Shown here in pieces: positions 1-13,700 of a DNA stretch of 64,000 nucleotides. The notes under the pieces were generated by a model that had not been told where the DNA came from, searched no databases, and was given only the letters and a program-made list of their open reading frames with translations. The DNA is from Auanema rhodensis. Lineage: Eukaryota; Animalia; Nematoda. The position numbers and the translations under genes are program-made. Position 1 is the first letter of the stretch. Every line of letters starts with the position of its first letter. Where the stretch lies: contig OZ059898.1 of assembly GCA_964057225.1 (NCBI GenBank), positions 13,888,001-13,952,000 of the forward strand. Direction: 5' to 3'.

Positions 1-1103
1 GTCAATAACTTTAAAGATTTGGGAGTTATTATAGACAAAAACCTTTCTTTTGGTTCTCACTTTCAATCAATTACCTCTACCGCTACCAAACGTTGTAAGC
101 TCATTCTGAGATGCTTCAACAGTTCTTGCCCCAAATTACTCTTCCGTTTGTTTTGTTGCTATGTTAGACCTATATTGGAGTATGCATCTGAGGTTTGGTC
201 TCCATACCTCAAAAAAGACATTCAATTTATAGAGAGTGTTCAAAAAAGGTTTGTTAACGCTATTTTTAAGCGTGCCAATCTTGAGATTCACGGCTACATG
301 AATAAGCTCGAGTTCCTCAAGGCAGATGAGCTGATAAACAGACGTGTTATCGCTGATTTTTGCCAATATTTCAGAATAGCAAAGGGTAACTCAATCCTTA
401 GTAAAACTTTGTTCAGACTAAAAGAGCATCAATATTCATTTCGTCAGCATGATTATCTTTTGGTAGCACCACAGTACTTCTCAAAAGCTGCATTATCAAG
501 TTTTGAATATCGCTGGATCCAAGATTGGAATGAACTTCATCCCATTTTTGTTAATATTGAGAAAACGTATAATTTTCGTAGCTATCTGAAAAACTGTAAA
601 TTTCGCAATTGTAAAAATTAATATGTATTGTTGCTATTGTTAACTACATATATATTTCACTATTTTTTTGTTTTTTCGTTTCTGTGAGCTTACTCTACCT
701 GTTTTCTTGTCTACTTTGTTTACCTGACTCAGTATTTCTCGCGCATCCGACCTATAGACATGAGTCATACGGTCAGAGCGTGGTTATCACTCATTGACAG
801 AACGGGCTTGACCTTTGTTTTCTTGGTATCACCGCACCTCGTCAACGGTAGAAGTGATAAGCTTTGAATTGTTTCTTATTTCAAAGCTGAGATCATTAAA
901 AGTCTTCTCACAACAATCGTCAAGAACATACGGTGTTTCAAGTTTCACAAATCGAACATTACGTTAGTGTTCTCTCTTTTTCTTATCTTTTTTCTCAACT
1001 ACCGAAAGGTTAATCTTTTTTTTCACACAACAATATACATTTTTCACTCATTTATTGTAACCTGTGGTATTGTTGAACTGAAATAAATAAATAAATAAAT
1101 AAT
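1..1103 (+). mobile_element. 3' end of a non-LTR retrotransposon (CR1/L2-like LINE): RT C-terminal coding region (1-621), 3' UTR and (AAAT)n tail
   Basis: Translation KDLGVIIDKNLSF..H...YVRPILEYASEVWSPYLKKDI..IESVQKRF is typical of the CR1/L2-clade ORF2 C-terminus. The tail AAATAAATAAATAAATAAATAA at 1081-1102 lies just before a truncated tRNA-Ser. Confidence 0.85.
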
Positions 1104-1116
1104 CGCGTTCGCGATA

Positions 1117-1181
1117 GTTAAGGAGATTGACTAGAAATCAATTGGGCTCTGCCCGCGTAGGTTCGAATCCCGCTGACTGCG
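1117..1181 (+). pseudogene. 5'-truncated tRNA-Ser(AGA), interrupted at the LINE 3' junction
   Basis: Matches the 3' 65 nt of the copy at 1289-1370; the acceptor 5' strand and part of the D-arm are missing. Confidence 0.85.
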
Positions 1182-1288
1182 AATATTTTGCACTAGAATA
1201 CACTTTTTTTATCCCTTTTGATCTAATTCCAATCAGTACGAGATCATTGCGTCTATCACTTTAACTGTAAAGTATATTCCTTCGATAA

Positions 1289-1370
1289 GCAGTCATGTCC
1301 GAGTGGTTAAGGAGATTGACTAGAAATCAATTGGGCTCTGCCCGCGTAGGTTCGAATCCTGCTGACTGCG
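1289..1370 (+). tRNA. tRNA-Ser(AGA), intact copy in a 189-bp tandem repeat
   Basis: GCAGTCATGTCCGAGTGGTTAAGGAGATTGACT-AGA-AATCAATTGGGCTCTGCCCGCGTAGGTTCGAATCCTGCTGACTGCG: cloverleaf with long variable arm, A and B boxes, T-run downstream. Confidence 0.95.
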
Positions 1371-1477
1371 AATATTTTGGACTAGAAAACAATTTTTCGA
1401 TCCCTTTTGATCTAATTTTCATAAGTACGAGATCATTCCGTCTATCACTTTAGCTGTAAAGTATATTCCTTCTACAA

Positions 1478-1534
1478 GCAGTCATGTCCGAGTGGTTGAG
1501 GAGATTGACTAGAAATCAATCTGGCTCTGCCCGC
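1478..1534 (+). pseudogene. 3'-truncated tRNA-Ser(AGA), broken by an LTR remnant
   Basis: Third 189-bp unit; stops at ...CTCTGCCCGC before the T-arm. Confidence 0.85.
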
Positions 1535-1555
1535 CGTTAAATTCGGACTCCCCAT
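1535..1555 (+). mobile_element. 21-bp remnant of the 5' end of an element-A-type LTR
   Basis: CGTTAAATTCGGACTCCCCAT versus the LTR A start CGTTCCATTCGGACTCCCCAT (19/21), beginning exactly at the LTR terminus. Confidence 0.75.
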
Positions 1556-3451
1556 GTATATGCGTGGACGAAGGATTACACGTCTATAAATTTTTGCAAA
1601 GATGAGCTGGGAATGTGTCCGCTATTGTTGATTATAACAACTATTTGAGGGAAGTTCGCGCGTTCATATTATTAAAAAACCCCATTAAAATAGGTGGACC
1701 TGGTAAAACAGCAGAGAAATAAAAAAAACCTATTTGATACCATTTTTGAAGATATTTTATTTTTTATGCGAGAGAGAGAGAATGAAGCTGATTTATAGGT
1801 TAAAAATTTTCATTAAAGTTACTTCTCCCCCCTGGGGGAATACCCCCCAGACCCCCGGAGTCTGGAAGTTGTGCGTGAGGGTGGTTTAGAGTCTATAGGG
1901 TGATTTAGAGTCTATTCTGTCCCCAGGTTGTAAAACTGCGCGCGTTTCGGCAGAAGGGGCGGAGCCTAGCGAGGGGGGGATAACAGAGAAGAGCCTAGGG
2001 TTTTCCCCAAAATGTTAAACAACGCCATATATGTGCTGAAGACCGAACACATTTGGATTGTGTTGGATAATTATATGATTCGAATTCAGAAATACGAGAG
2101 CGATGATTTATATTTTCACAAGTTTGATCACAAGATCCACAAGAACAGAAAATCAACTGTTGTTGTATTTATAATTATTTTAATAGTACGGAAAGCTGTG
2201 ATCCAGAAAAAATAAATGGCTGGAGTACAACCTAGGTATCCCAAAAAAAAGAATTCTTCAAGAAAAAGGTGTTATTCCTCTGGCTAAAATGAGTGATAAA
2301 TGCCAGAAAGAAATGAAGCTGTCCTTTGAGAAAGAAAGATGGAGATGTCCCACCAAAGTATGCAGGAAGGAAGAGCAAATCAGAAAACGGACTCTTTTGG
2401 AAGGTTGGGTTTAAGTTTTTTATTTGTGATTATTTTGTATGTAGGATCTCGTATGCCGTTCTCAAAGTTCATCACTTTTGTATATGCGTGGACGAAGGAT
2501 TACACGCCTATAAATTTTTGCAAAGATGAGCTGGGAATGTGTAGCTCCGTCGTTGTTGATTATAACAACTATTTGAGGGAAGTTTGCGCGTTTATCTTAT
2601 TAAAAAACCCCATTAAAATAGGTGGACCTGGTAAAACAGTAGAGATAGATGAGTCGTTTGTATCCAAGCGTAAATACAATGTAGGGAGAGCGAAGGAACA
2701 GCAGTGGGTGTTTGGAGGACTGTGTAGAGAGACAAAGGAATGCTTCATAAATGCAGTTCCTGATAGGTCAGCTATAACATTAAGTGAATCCAGAATTAAC
2801 TTTATTCTTCCCGGGACAACAATTATATTTGACTGTTGGCGTGCGTATGGTCGTACAGAAGCACTAAACCAAAACTATACGCAGCTAACAGTTAATCATC
2901 AAAATAATTTTGTGGACCCGGAGCGCATACCAATGGAATAGAAGGAATGTGGAATGTTGCGAAGTCGAAGTTCAAGAAGATGTGGGGAGTGCACGCAACG
3001 ATGTTGGATTCCTAGCTGTGCGAATTTATGTGGAGAAGACGAAACAATAAAAAAAACCTATTTGATACCATTTTTGAAGATATTGTATTTTTTATGCGAG
3101 AGAGAGAGAGAATGAAGCTGATTTATAGGGAATACAATGTAGGGAGAGCGAAGGAACAGCAGTGGGTGTTTGGAGGACTGTGTAGGGAGACAAAGGAATG
3201 CTTCATAAATGCAGTTCCTGATAGGTCAGCTATAACATTAAGTGAATCTAGAATTAACTCTATTCTTCCCGGGATAACAATTATATTTGACTGTTGGCGT
3301 GCGTATGGTGGTACAGAAGCACTAAACCAAAACTATACGCAGCTAACAGTTAATCATCAATATAATTTTGTGGACCCGGAAACAGAAGCGCATACCAATG
3401 GAATAGAAGGAATGTGGAATGTTGCGAAGTCGAAGTTCAAGAAGATGTGGG
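1556..3451 (+). pseudogene. Merlin/IS1595(ISXO2)-like DDE transposase, fragmented with internal duplications
   Basis: KIGGPGKTVEIDES..KRKYNVGR..QQWVFGG..VPDRSA.TL..ILPGTTII.DCWRAY..TVNH..NFVDPET.AHTNGIEGMW. Frameshifts and stops are present; duplicated pieces at ~1556-1800 and ~3129-3451. Confidence 0.85.
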
Positions 3452-3509
3452 TCAAGAAGAAGTTGCGTTAAACTTCACGCTTAGCGCAACTTTCTCAAAA
3501 CTATCAATT

Positions 3510-5800
3510 ATGAATGCTTTCGATCTTCTTTTTGATAACAGCATTGCTGTTCTTGATTGCATGCCTGATTTATTGGGCATGCATCAGGGTAAAAATTTTT
3601 TCAGGATTTCAAAAAGACAATTTATTGTCTACAAGGTAATCACTCGGGATATATTTGTTCCATGGAACAGAAAAGGTCAGTTTTATATTTTCAAGTTTCT
3701 ATATATAATTTGTTTCAGGAGGCAATGGTCTGCCTGCAATCAACAACAAGACCTCTTCCAGAGGTTGTAAACTGGTTGACGGGCAATACATCCTTTACTC
3801 GAAGGATGATTGCGCCGAATATTCTTACAGAACTATCCGCTGTAAGAAACCAGATATGGATCTCACTAAAGAGGTTTTTTGTTTATTTAAGATATGTAAT
3901 TAATTTTTGTTTTAGATTCATATGATTGTACAAGGCAAGGATAAAATTGTTGAGCCGGTGCTCATCATTTATAACGTGCAGGCAAGTTCTCTTATTTTGC
4001 TTTTTGCTCTATGTACTATATTTAGGAATCTTTGGAAAATTTTGTGCCCGCTAAACAGAGAATCCTGCCCCCTGTCAGCATGGAAGTTAAAAATGTTCTG
4101 GAAAACAGAACAACAGCTGCTGCTAAGGAAGTGTTTGGAAATATGGAAATTAGCTCCAGTCAGGTATGGGTCTCATTCACTTCTGCATATCAGCACAAAT
4201 TGTTTGCTATTTTTCTACATTTTTTTATTTCAGCTGACTAGTCTTGCCCGAAGTGTCAGCACCCACATCAAGTCGGGTACTGACAAAAGATCGCCAAGCG
4301 ATGTCAACAAACTTGCTGATAGATTCGCGAATGCGAGTATGAAAGTGGAGCACATGGAACCAATCAAAGTGGAAAGAACAGGTTAAATTAAGTTTTTATC
4401 AATTTAATAGTAATGATTTTTAGATCGTGGTATTGCTTTCTGCCAGATTGTCGGATACCCGACGGCTTTCAAACATTTTTGTGCTTGCTTGCCAACGGTT
4501 GAAGATATGAACGACCATCTTCGCTCTGTGGACAATCTCCAATACATGCCTAAACAGGAGGCAAAGGAAGCATTTGGTGAGTATTTTGTAATTGAGGCAT
4601 TGAAACTTTTTTAATCTTCCAGTGCTAATTTTGAATTAAGTGAATGCTTCCGGAGCTCTACCAACAATAGGAAGTATCATAATGATTGATACTACATTTT
4701 CAATCAGTAGTGGCGAATACGTCACTCTAGCCCATATTAGATACATCTTTTTTTATAGTGTTAATTTAGGTCAAAAAAATCTGGTAAAAACGCTGGCATA
4801 TTGCTTGCATGTATGGTACATAGTACCAAAAAGGCTGGCAATCATGAAGCATTTTCAGCATATTTGAACTAGATGCTATCTCAATATGGAAGGAACAAAA
4901 AATAGCTGGTTTGCGTCATGATGGTGAAGATGCTTTTAAAGCATACAACACTGTAAGAAATTTTTTTACATAAGGTTTAATTGTTCTTTATTTTAGGGCT
5001 CATTTTTTAAAGATGCTGTACCGCTAAGATGTTCCGTGCACCGAAAGGAGAATATCAAAAGCACATTCGGCAAATACCATGATGCTGAGAGAAAGGAACA
5101 CATCCTGCATAAAATATTCGGGTGAAAAAAAGAGGTATACTTGATAATGTTTTTAAACACTATTTTTATGTTTTAAGACTGAATATAGAACAATCATGAG
5201 GAAAGGGGCTCTATCGTCCTTAACTCGTGACGAATATGAGAAGAAAATGCAGGATGTTTAATGTTTTTTGGATTCAGGTTCATTGCTAATAAAGAAGATT
5301 TGTATAAAACGAATAGTTTGATTCAAAAATTAAGAGCTGGACAACGCGAGCAATTTTTTTCCACTAATTTGCTAGAGTCGAGAAACGCTCAGTTAAAAGC
5401 AAGAATGCCTCATCCAATTCCTGCTCACCACGTTTTAGAAAAAATGCTGCAATTACATGAAGGTAACTAATCTATTAAAAAAAAAATTAATTTCATTATA
5501 GGAGAAATAAAAGATCGAATTGGAGCCATTCATCATAAATAGGACAAACTGGCCACTCACTTTCATGTTGAGAACCATGAGTGGTTAGTAATGACACCTA
5601 TTGAAAAAATGAACAAACTGAAACTTTTTGGTTTGAATGACTTCATTTTTGAAAATACGTTGTCGAACTATCCCTCATGGATGAGTGAGCCAGTAGGAAC
5701 TAATAATGCTGACGTTTTTTTTGAAACTGTTCAGCGTTTGGAGGTATTTCCTGCTGCAAAAGCAGGTATATATTTTACCAAAGACAGTACTGGAGCGTAA
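3510..5800 (+). pseudogene. Intron-containing MULE/Mutator-like transposase, probably degenerate
   Basis: Exonic motifs in order: IMIDTTF (first D), HDGEDA (second D), LRCSVH (CxxH), TNLLESRNAQLK (E). Short GT..TTT(C/T)AG introns; apparent in-frame stops. Confidence 0.6.
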
Positions 5801-6075
5801 GCTGAGAAAATTCCTAAGTTTATTATTAATTTTTCCGATTGGGATGCGTCAATGAAATTAATACGGAATTATCAATTATCAATTTTTCATTTTTTGTGAA
5901 TGATTTAACGTTTTGCAATATGTTGCAAAGATTTTGAAAGTACTTTAGCTTGTCCATTTTTGAATTTTTGATGTGAAACGTTTGAAAAAAATATGTTACT
6001 GCTTTTCATTCGTAATTATCAATGAAGTCAAAGATGTGTCAACTCATCTAATCTAATAGTTCACAACCCATCGTA

Positions 6076-6147
6076 GCGTTCGTGGTGTAATGGTCAGCAT
6101 GGATGCCTTCCAAGCATTCGACGGGGGTTCGATTCCCCCCGAACGCA
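6076..6147 (+). tRNA. tRNA-Gly(TCC), representative array copy
   Basis: GCGTTCGTGGTGTAATGGTCAGCATGGATGCCT-TCC-AAGCATTCGACGGGGGTTCGATTCCCCCCGAACGCA, 72-nt cloverleaf. Confidence 0.97.
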
Positions 6148-7684
6148 TACATTTTTCATTTTTTGTGAACGATTTTACGTTTTGCAATATGTTGCAAAGA
6201 TTTTGAAAGTACTTTAGCTTGTCCATTTTTGAATTTTTGATGTGAAACGTTTAAAGAAATATGTTACTGCTTTTCATTCGTAATTATCAATGAAGTCAAA
6301 GATGTGTCAACTAATCTAATCTAATAGTTCACAACCCATCGTAGCGTTCGTGGTGTAATGGTCAGCATGGATGCCTTCCAAGCATTCGACGGGGGTTCGA
6401 TTCCCCCCGAACGCATACATTTTTCATTTTTTGTGAATGATTTAATGTTTTGCAATATGTTGCAAAGATTTTGAAAGTACTTTAGCTTGTCCATTTTTTA
6501 ACTTTTTACGTGAACTTTTAAAGAAATATGTTACTGCTTTTCATTCGTAATTATCAATGAAGGCAAAGATGTGTCAACTAATCTAATCTAATAGTTCACA
6601 ACCCATCGTAGCGTTCGTGGTGTAATGGTCAGCATGGATGCCTTCCAAGCATTCGACGGGGGTTCGATTCCCCCCCGAACGCATACATTTTTCATTTTTT
6701 GTGAACGATTTAACGTTTTGCAATATGTTGCAAAGATTTTGAAAGTACTTTAGCTTGTCCATTTTTGAATTTTTGATGTGAAACGTTTAAAGAAATATGT
6801 TACTGCTTTTCATTCGTAATTATCAATGAAGTCAAAGATGTGTCAACTCATCTAATCTTATAGTTCACAACCCATCGTAGCGTTCGTGGTGTAATGGTCA
6901 GCATGGATGCCTTCCAAGCATTCGACGGGGCTTCGATTCCCCCCGAACGCACACATTTTTCATTTTTTGTGAATGATTTAACGTTTTGCTATATGTTGCA
7001 AAGATTTTCAAAGTACTTTAGCTTGTCCATTTTTGAATTTTTGATGTGAAACGTTTGAAAAAAATATGTTACTGCTTTTCATTCGTAGTTATCAATGAAG
7101 TCAAAGATGTGTCAACTAATCTAATCTAATAGTTCACAACCCATCGTAGCGTTCGTGGTGTAATGGTCAGCATGGATGCCTTCCAAGCATTCGACGGGGG
7201 TTCGATTCCCCCCGAACGCATACATTTTTCATTTTTTGTGAATGATTTGACGTTTTGCAATATGTTGCAAAGATTTTGAAAGTACTTTAGCTTGTCCATT
7301 TTTTAACTTTTTACGTGAAACGTTTAAAGAAATATGTTACTGCTTTTCATTCGTAATTATCAATGAAGTCAAAGATGTGTCAACTCATCTAATCTAATAG
7401 TTCACAACCCATCGTAGCGTTCGTGGTGTAATGGTCAGCATGGATGCCTTCCAAGCATTCGACGGGGGTTCGATTCCCCCCGAACGCATACATTTTTCAT
7501 TTTTTGTGAATGATTTAACGTTTTGCAATATGTTGCAAAGATTTTGAAAGTACTTTAGCTTGTCCATTTTTTAACTTTTTACGTGAAACGTTTAAAGAAA
7601 TATATTACTGCTTTTCATTCGTAATTATCAATGAAGTCAAAGATGTGTCAACTCATCTAATCTTATAGTTCACAACCCATCGTA

Positions 7685-7756
7685 GCGTTCGTGGTGTAAT
7701 GGTCAGCATGGATGCCTTCAAAGCATTCGACGGGGGTTCGATTCCCCCCGAACGCA
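7685..7756 (+). tRNA. tRNA-Gly body with TCA anticodon (potential UGA reader)
   Basis: Loop CTTCAAA (C>A at 7720); the rest is identical to the consensus. Confidence 0.7.
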
Positions 7757-10700
7757 TACATTTTTCATTTTTTGTGAATGATTTAACGTTTTGCAATATG
7801 TTGCAAAGATTTTGAAAGTACTTTAGCTTGTCCATTTTTTAACTTTTTACGTGAAACCTTTAAAGAAATATGTTACTGCTTTTCATTCGTAATTATCAAT
7901 GAAGTCAAAGATGTGTCAACTCATCTAATCTAATAGTTCACAACCCATCGTAGCGTTCGTGGTGTAATGGTCAGCATGGATGCCTTCCAAGCATTCGACG
8001 GGGGTTCGATTCCCCCCGAACGCATACATTTTTCATTTTTTGTGAATGATTTAACGTTTTGCAATATGTTGCAAAGATTTTGAAAGTACTTTAGCTTGTC
8101 CATTTTTTAACTTTTTACGTGAAACCTTTAAAGAAATATGTTACTGCTTTTCATTCGTAATTATCAATGAAGTCAAAGATGTGTCAACTCATCTAATCTA
8201 ATAGTTCACAACCCATCGTAGCGTTCGTGGTGTAATGGTCAGCATGGATGCCTTCCAAGCATTCGACGGGGGTTCGATTCCCCCCGAACGCATACATTTT
8301 TCATTTTTTGTGAATGATTTAACGTTTTGCAATATGTTGCAAAGATTTTGAAAGTACTTTAGCTTGTCCATTTTTTAACTTTTTACGTGAAACGTTTAAA
8401 GAAATATGTTACTGCTTTTCATTCGTAATTATCAATGAAGTCAAAGATGTGTCAACTCATCTAATCTTATAGTTCACAACCCATCGTAGCGTTCGTGGTG
8501 TAATGGTCAGCATGGATGCCTTCCAAGCATTCGACGGGGGTTCGATTCCCCCCGAACGCATACATTTTTCATTTTTTGTGAATGATTTAACGTTTTGCAA
8601 TATGTTGCAAAGATTTTGAAAGTACTTTAGCTTGTCCATTTTTTAACTTTTTACGTGAAACCTTTAAAGAAATATGTTACTGCTTTTCATTCGTAATTAT
8701 CAATGAAGTCAAAGATGTGTCAACTCATCTAATCTTATAGTTCACAACCCATCGTAGCGTTCGTGGTATAATGGTCAGCATGGATGCCTTCCAAGCATTC
8801 GACGGGGGTTCGATTCCCCCCGAACGCATACATTTTTCATTTTTTGTGAATGATTTAACGTTTTGCAATATGTTGCAAAGATTTTGAAAGTACTTTAGCT
8901 TGTCCATTTTTTAACTTTTTACGTGAAACCTTTAAAGAAATATGTTACTGCTTTTCATTCGTAATTATCAATGAAGTCAAAGATGTGTCAACTCATCTAA
9001 TCTAATAGTTCACAACCCATCGTAGCGTTCGTGGTGTAATGGTCAGCATGGATGCCTTCCAAGCATTCGACGGGGGTTCGATTCCCCCCGAACGCATACA
9101 TTTTTCATTTTTTGTGAATGATTTAACGTTTTGCAATATGTTGCAAAGATTTTGAAAGTACTTTAGCTTGTCCATTTTTTAACTTTTTACGTGAAACGTT
9201 TAAAGAAATATGTTACTGCTTTTCATTCGTAATTATCAATGAAGTCAAAGATGTGTCAACTCATCTAATCTTATAGTTCACAACCCATCGTAGCGTTCGT
9301 GGTGTAATGGTCAGCATGGATGCCTTCCAAGCATTCGACGGGGGTTCGATTCCCCCCGAACGCATACATTTTTCATTTTTTGTGAATGATTTAACGTTTT
9401 GCAATATGTTGCAAAGATTTTGAAAGTACTTTAGCTTGTCCATTTTTTAACTTTTTACGTGAAACCTTTAAAGAAATATGTTACTGCTTTTCATTCGTAA
9501 TTATCAATGAAGTCAAAGATGTGTCAACTCATCTAATCTAATAGTTCACAACCCATCGTAGCGTTCGTGGTGTAATGGTCAGCATGGATGCCTTCCAAGC
9601 ATTCGACGGGGGTTTGATTCCCCCCGAACGCATACATTTTTCATTTTTTGTGAATGATTTAACGTTTTGCAATATGTTGCAAAGATTTTGAAAGTACTTT
9701 AGCCTGTCCATTTTTTAACTTTTTACGTGAAACCTTTGAAGAAATATGTTACTGCTTTTCATTCGTAATTATCAATGAAGTCAAAGATGTGTCAACTCAT
9801 CTAATCTTATAGTTCACAACCCATCGTAGCGTTCGTGGTGTAATGGTCAGCATGGATGCCTTCCAAGCATTCGACGGGGGTTCGATTCCCCCCGAACGCA
9901 TACATTTTTCATTTTTTGTGAATGATTTAACGTTTTGCAATATGTTGCAAAGATTTTGAAAGTACTTTAGCTTGTCCATTTTTTAACTTTTTACGTGAAA
10001 CCTTTAAAGAAATATGTTACTGCTTTTCATTCGTAATTATCAATGAAGTCAAAGATGTGTCAACTCATCTAATCTAATAGTTCACAACCCATCGTAGCGT
10101 TCGTGGTGTAATGGTCAGCATGGATGCCTTCCAAGCATTCGACGGGGGTTCGATTCCCCCCGAACGCATACATTTTTCATTTTTTGTGAATGATTTAACG
10201 TTTTGCAATATGTTGCAAAGATTTTGAAAGTACTTTAGCTTGTCCATTTTTTAACTTTTTACGTGAAACGTTTAAAGAAATATGTTACTGCTTTTCATTC
10301 GTAATTATCAATGAAGTCAAAGATGTGTCAACTCATCTAATCTTATAGTTCACAACCCATCGTAGCGTTCGTGGTGTAATGGTCAGCATGGATGCCTTCC
10401 AAGCATTCGACGGGGGTTCGATTCCCCCCGAACGCATACATTTTTCATTTTTTGTGAATGATTTAACGTTTTGCAATATGTTGCAAAGATTTTGAAAGTA
10501 CTTTAGCTTGTCCATTTTTTAACTTTTTACGTGAAACGTTTAAAGAAATATGTTACTGCTTTTCATTCGTAATTATCAATGAAGTCAAAGATGTGTCAAC
10601 TCATCTAATCTTATAGTTCACAACCCATCGTAGCGTTCGTGGTGTAATGGTCAGCATGGATGCCTTCCAAGCATTCGACGGGGGTTCGATTCCCCCCGAA

Positions 10701-13700
10701 CGCATACATTTTTCATTTTTTGTGAATGATTTAACGTTTTGCAATATGTTGCAAAGATTTTGAAAGTACTTTAGCTTGTCCATTTTTTAACTTTTTACGT
10801 GAAACCTTTAAAGAAATATGTTACTGCTTTTCATTCGTAATTATCAATGAAGTCAAAGATGTGTCAACTCATCTAATCTAATAGTTCACAACCCATCGTA
10901 GCGTTCGTGGTGTAATGGTCAGCATGGATGCCGTCCAAGCATTCGACGGGGGTTTGATTCCCCCCGAACGCATACATTTTTCATTTTTTGTGAATGATTT
11001 AACGTTTTGCAATATGTTGCAAAGATTTTGAAAGTACTTTAGCTTGTCCATTTTTTAACTTTTTACGTGAAACCTTTAAAGAAATATGTTACTGCTTTTC
11101 ATTCGTAATTATCAATGAAGTCAAAGATGTGTCAACTCATCTAATCTAATAGTTCACAACCCATCGTAGCGTTCGTGGTGTAATGGTCAGCATGGATGCC
11201 TTCCAAGCATTCGACGGGGGTTCGATTCCCCCCGAACGCATACATTTTTCGTTTTTTGTGAATGATTTAACGTTTTGCAATATGTTGCAAAGATTTTGAA
11301 AGTACTTTAGCTTGTCCATTTTTTAACTTTTTACGTGAAACCTTTAAAGAAATATGTTACTGCTTTTCATTCGTAATTATCAATGAAGTCAAAGATGTGT
11401 CAACTCATCTAATCTTATAGTTCACAACCCATCGTAGCGTTCGTGGTGTAATGGTCAGCATGGATGCCTTCCAAGCATTCGACGGGGGTTCGATTCCCCC
11501 CGAACGCATACATTTTTCATTTTTTGTGAATGATTTAACGTTTTGCAATATGTTGCAAAGATTTTGAAAGTACTTTAGCTTGTCCATTTTTTAACTTTTT
11601 ACGTGAAACCTTTAAAGAAATATGTTACTGCTTTTCATTCGTAATTATCAATGAAGTCAAAGATGTGTCAACTCATCTAATCTAATAGTTCACAACCCAT
11701 CGTAGCGTTCGTGGTGTAATGGTCAGCATGGATGCCTTCCAAGCATTCGACGGGGGTTTGATTCCCCCCGAACGCATACATTTTTCATTTTTTGTGAATG
11801 ATTTAACGTTTTGCAATATGTTGCAAAGATTTTGAAAGTACTTTAGCCTGTCCATTTTTTAACTTTTTACGTGAAACCTTTGAAGAAATATGTTACTGCT
11901 TTTCATTCGTAATTATCAATGAAGTCAAAGATGTGTCAACTCATCTAATCTTATAGTTCACAACCCATCGTAGCGTTCGTGGTGTAATGGTCAGCATGGA
12001 TGCCTTCCAAGCATTCGACGGGGGTTCGATTCCCCCCGAACGCATACATTTTTCATTTTTTGTGAATGATTTAACGTTTTGCAATATGTTGCAAAGATTT
12101 TGAAAGTACTTTAGCTTGTCCATTTTTTAACTTTTTACGTGAAACCTTTAAAGAAATATGTTACTGCTTTTCATTCGTAATTATCAATGAAGTCAAAGAT
12201 GTGTCAACTCATCTAATCTAATAGTTCACAACCCATCGTAGCGTTCGTGGTGTAATGGTCAGCATGGATGCCTTCCAAGCATTCGACGGGGGTTTGATTC
12301 CCCCCGAACGCATACATTTTTCATTTTTTGTGAATGATTTAACGTTTTGCAATATGTTGCAAAGATTTTGAAAGTACTTTAGCTTGTCCATTTTTTAACT
12401 TTTTACGTGAAACCTTTAAAGAAATATGTTACTGCTTTTCATTCGTAATTATCAATGAAGTCAAAGATGTGTCAACTCATCTAATCTAATAGTTCACAAC
12501 CCATCGTAGCGTTCGTGGTGTAATGGTCAGCATGGATGCCTTCCAAGCATTCGACGGGGGTTAGATTCCCCCCGAACGCATACATTTTTCATTTTTTGTG
12601 AATGATTTAACGTTTTGCAATATGTTGCAAAGATTTTGAAAGTACTTTAGCTTGTCCATTTTTTAACTTTTTACGTGAAACGTTTAAAGAAATATGTTAC
12701 TGCTTTTCATTCGTAATTATCAATGAAGTCAAAGATGTGTCAACTCATCTAATCTTATAGTTCACAACCCATCGTAGCGTTCGTGGTGTAATGGTCAGCA
12801 TGGATGCCTTCCAAGCATTCGACGGGGGTTCGATTCCCCCCGAACGCATACATTTTTCATTTTTTGTGAATGATTTAACGTTTTGCAATATGTTGCAAAG
12901 ATTTTGAAAGTACTTTAGCTTGTCCATTTTTTAACTTTTTACGTGAAACCTTTAAAGAAATATGTTACTGCTTTTCATTCGTAATTATCAATGAAGTCAA
13001 AGATGTGTCAACTCATCTAATCTAATAGTTCACAACCCATCGTAGCGTTCGTGGTGTAATGGTCAGCATGGATGCCTTCCAAGCATTCGACGGGGGTTTG
13101 ATTCCCCCCGAACGCATACATTTTTCATTTTTTGTGAATGATTTAACGTTTTGCAATATGTTGCAAAGATTTTGAAAGTACTTTAGCTTGTCCATTTTTT
13201 AACTTTTTACGTGAAACATTCAAAGAAATATGTTACTGCTTTTCATTCGTAATTATCAATGAAGTCAAAGATGTGTCAACTCATCTAATCTTATAGTTCA
13301 CAACCCATCGTAGCGTTCGTGGTGTAATGGTCAGCATGGATGCCTTCCAAGCATTCGACGGGGGTTCGATTCCCCCCGAACGCATACATTTTTCATTTTT
13401 TGTGAATGATTTAACGTTTTGCAATATGTTGCAAAGATTTTGAAAGTACTTTAGCTTGTCCATTTTTTAACTTTTTACGTGAAACGTTTAAAGAAATATG
13501 TTACTGCTTTTCATTCGTAATTATCAATGAAGTCAAAGATGTGTCAACTCATCTAATCTTATAGTTCACAACCCATCGTAGCGTTCGTGGTGTAATGGTC
13601 AGCATGGATGCCTTCCAAGCATTCGACGGGGGTTCGATTCCCCCCGAACGCATACATTTTTCATTTTTTGTGAATGATTTAACGTTTTGCAATATGTTGC

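Noticed and set aside
5911-5929. Spacer palindrome TTTGCAA-TATG-TTGCAAA in the repeat unit
   Set aside because: Broken in many right-arm units without compensation; no evidence of function.
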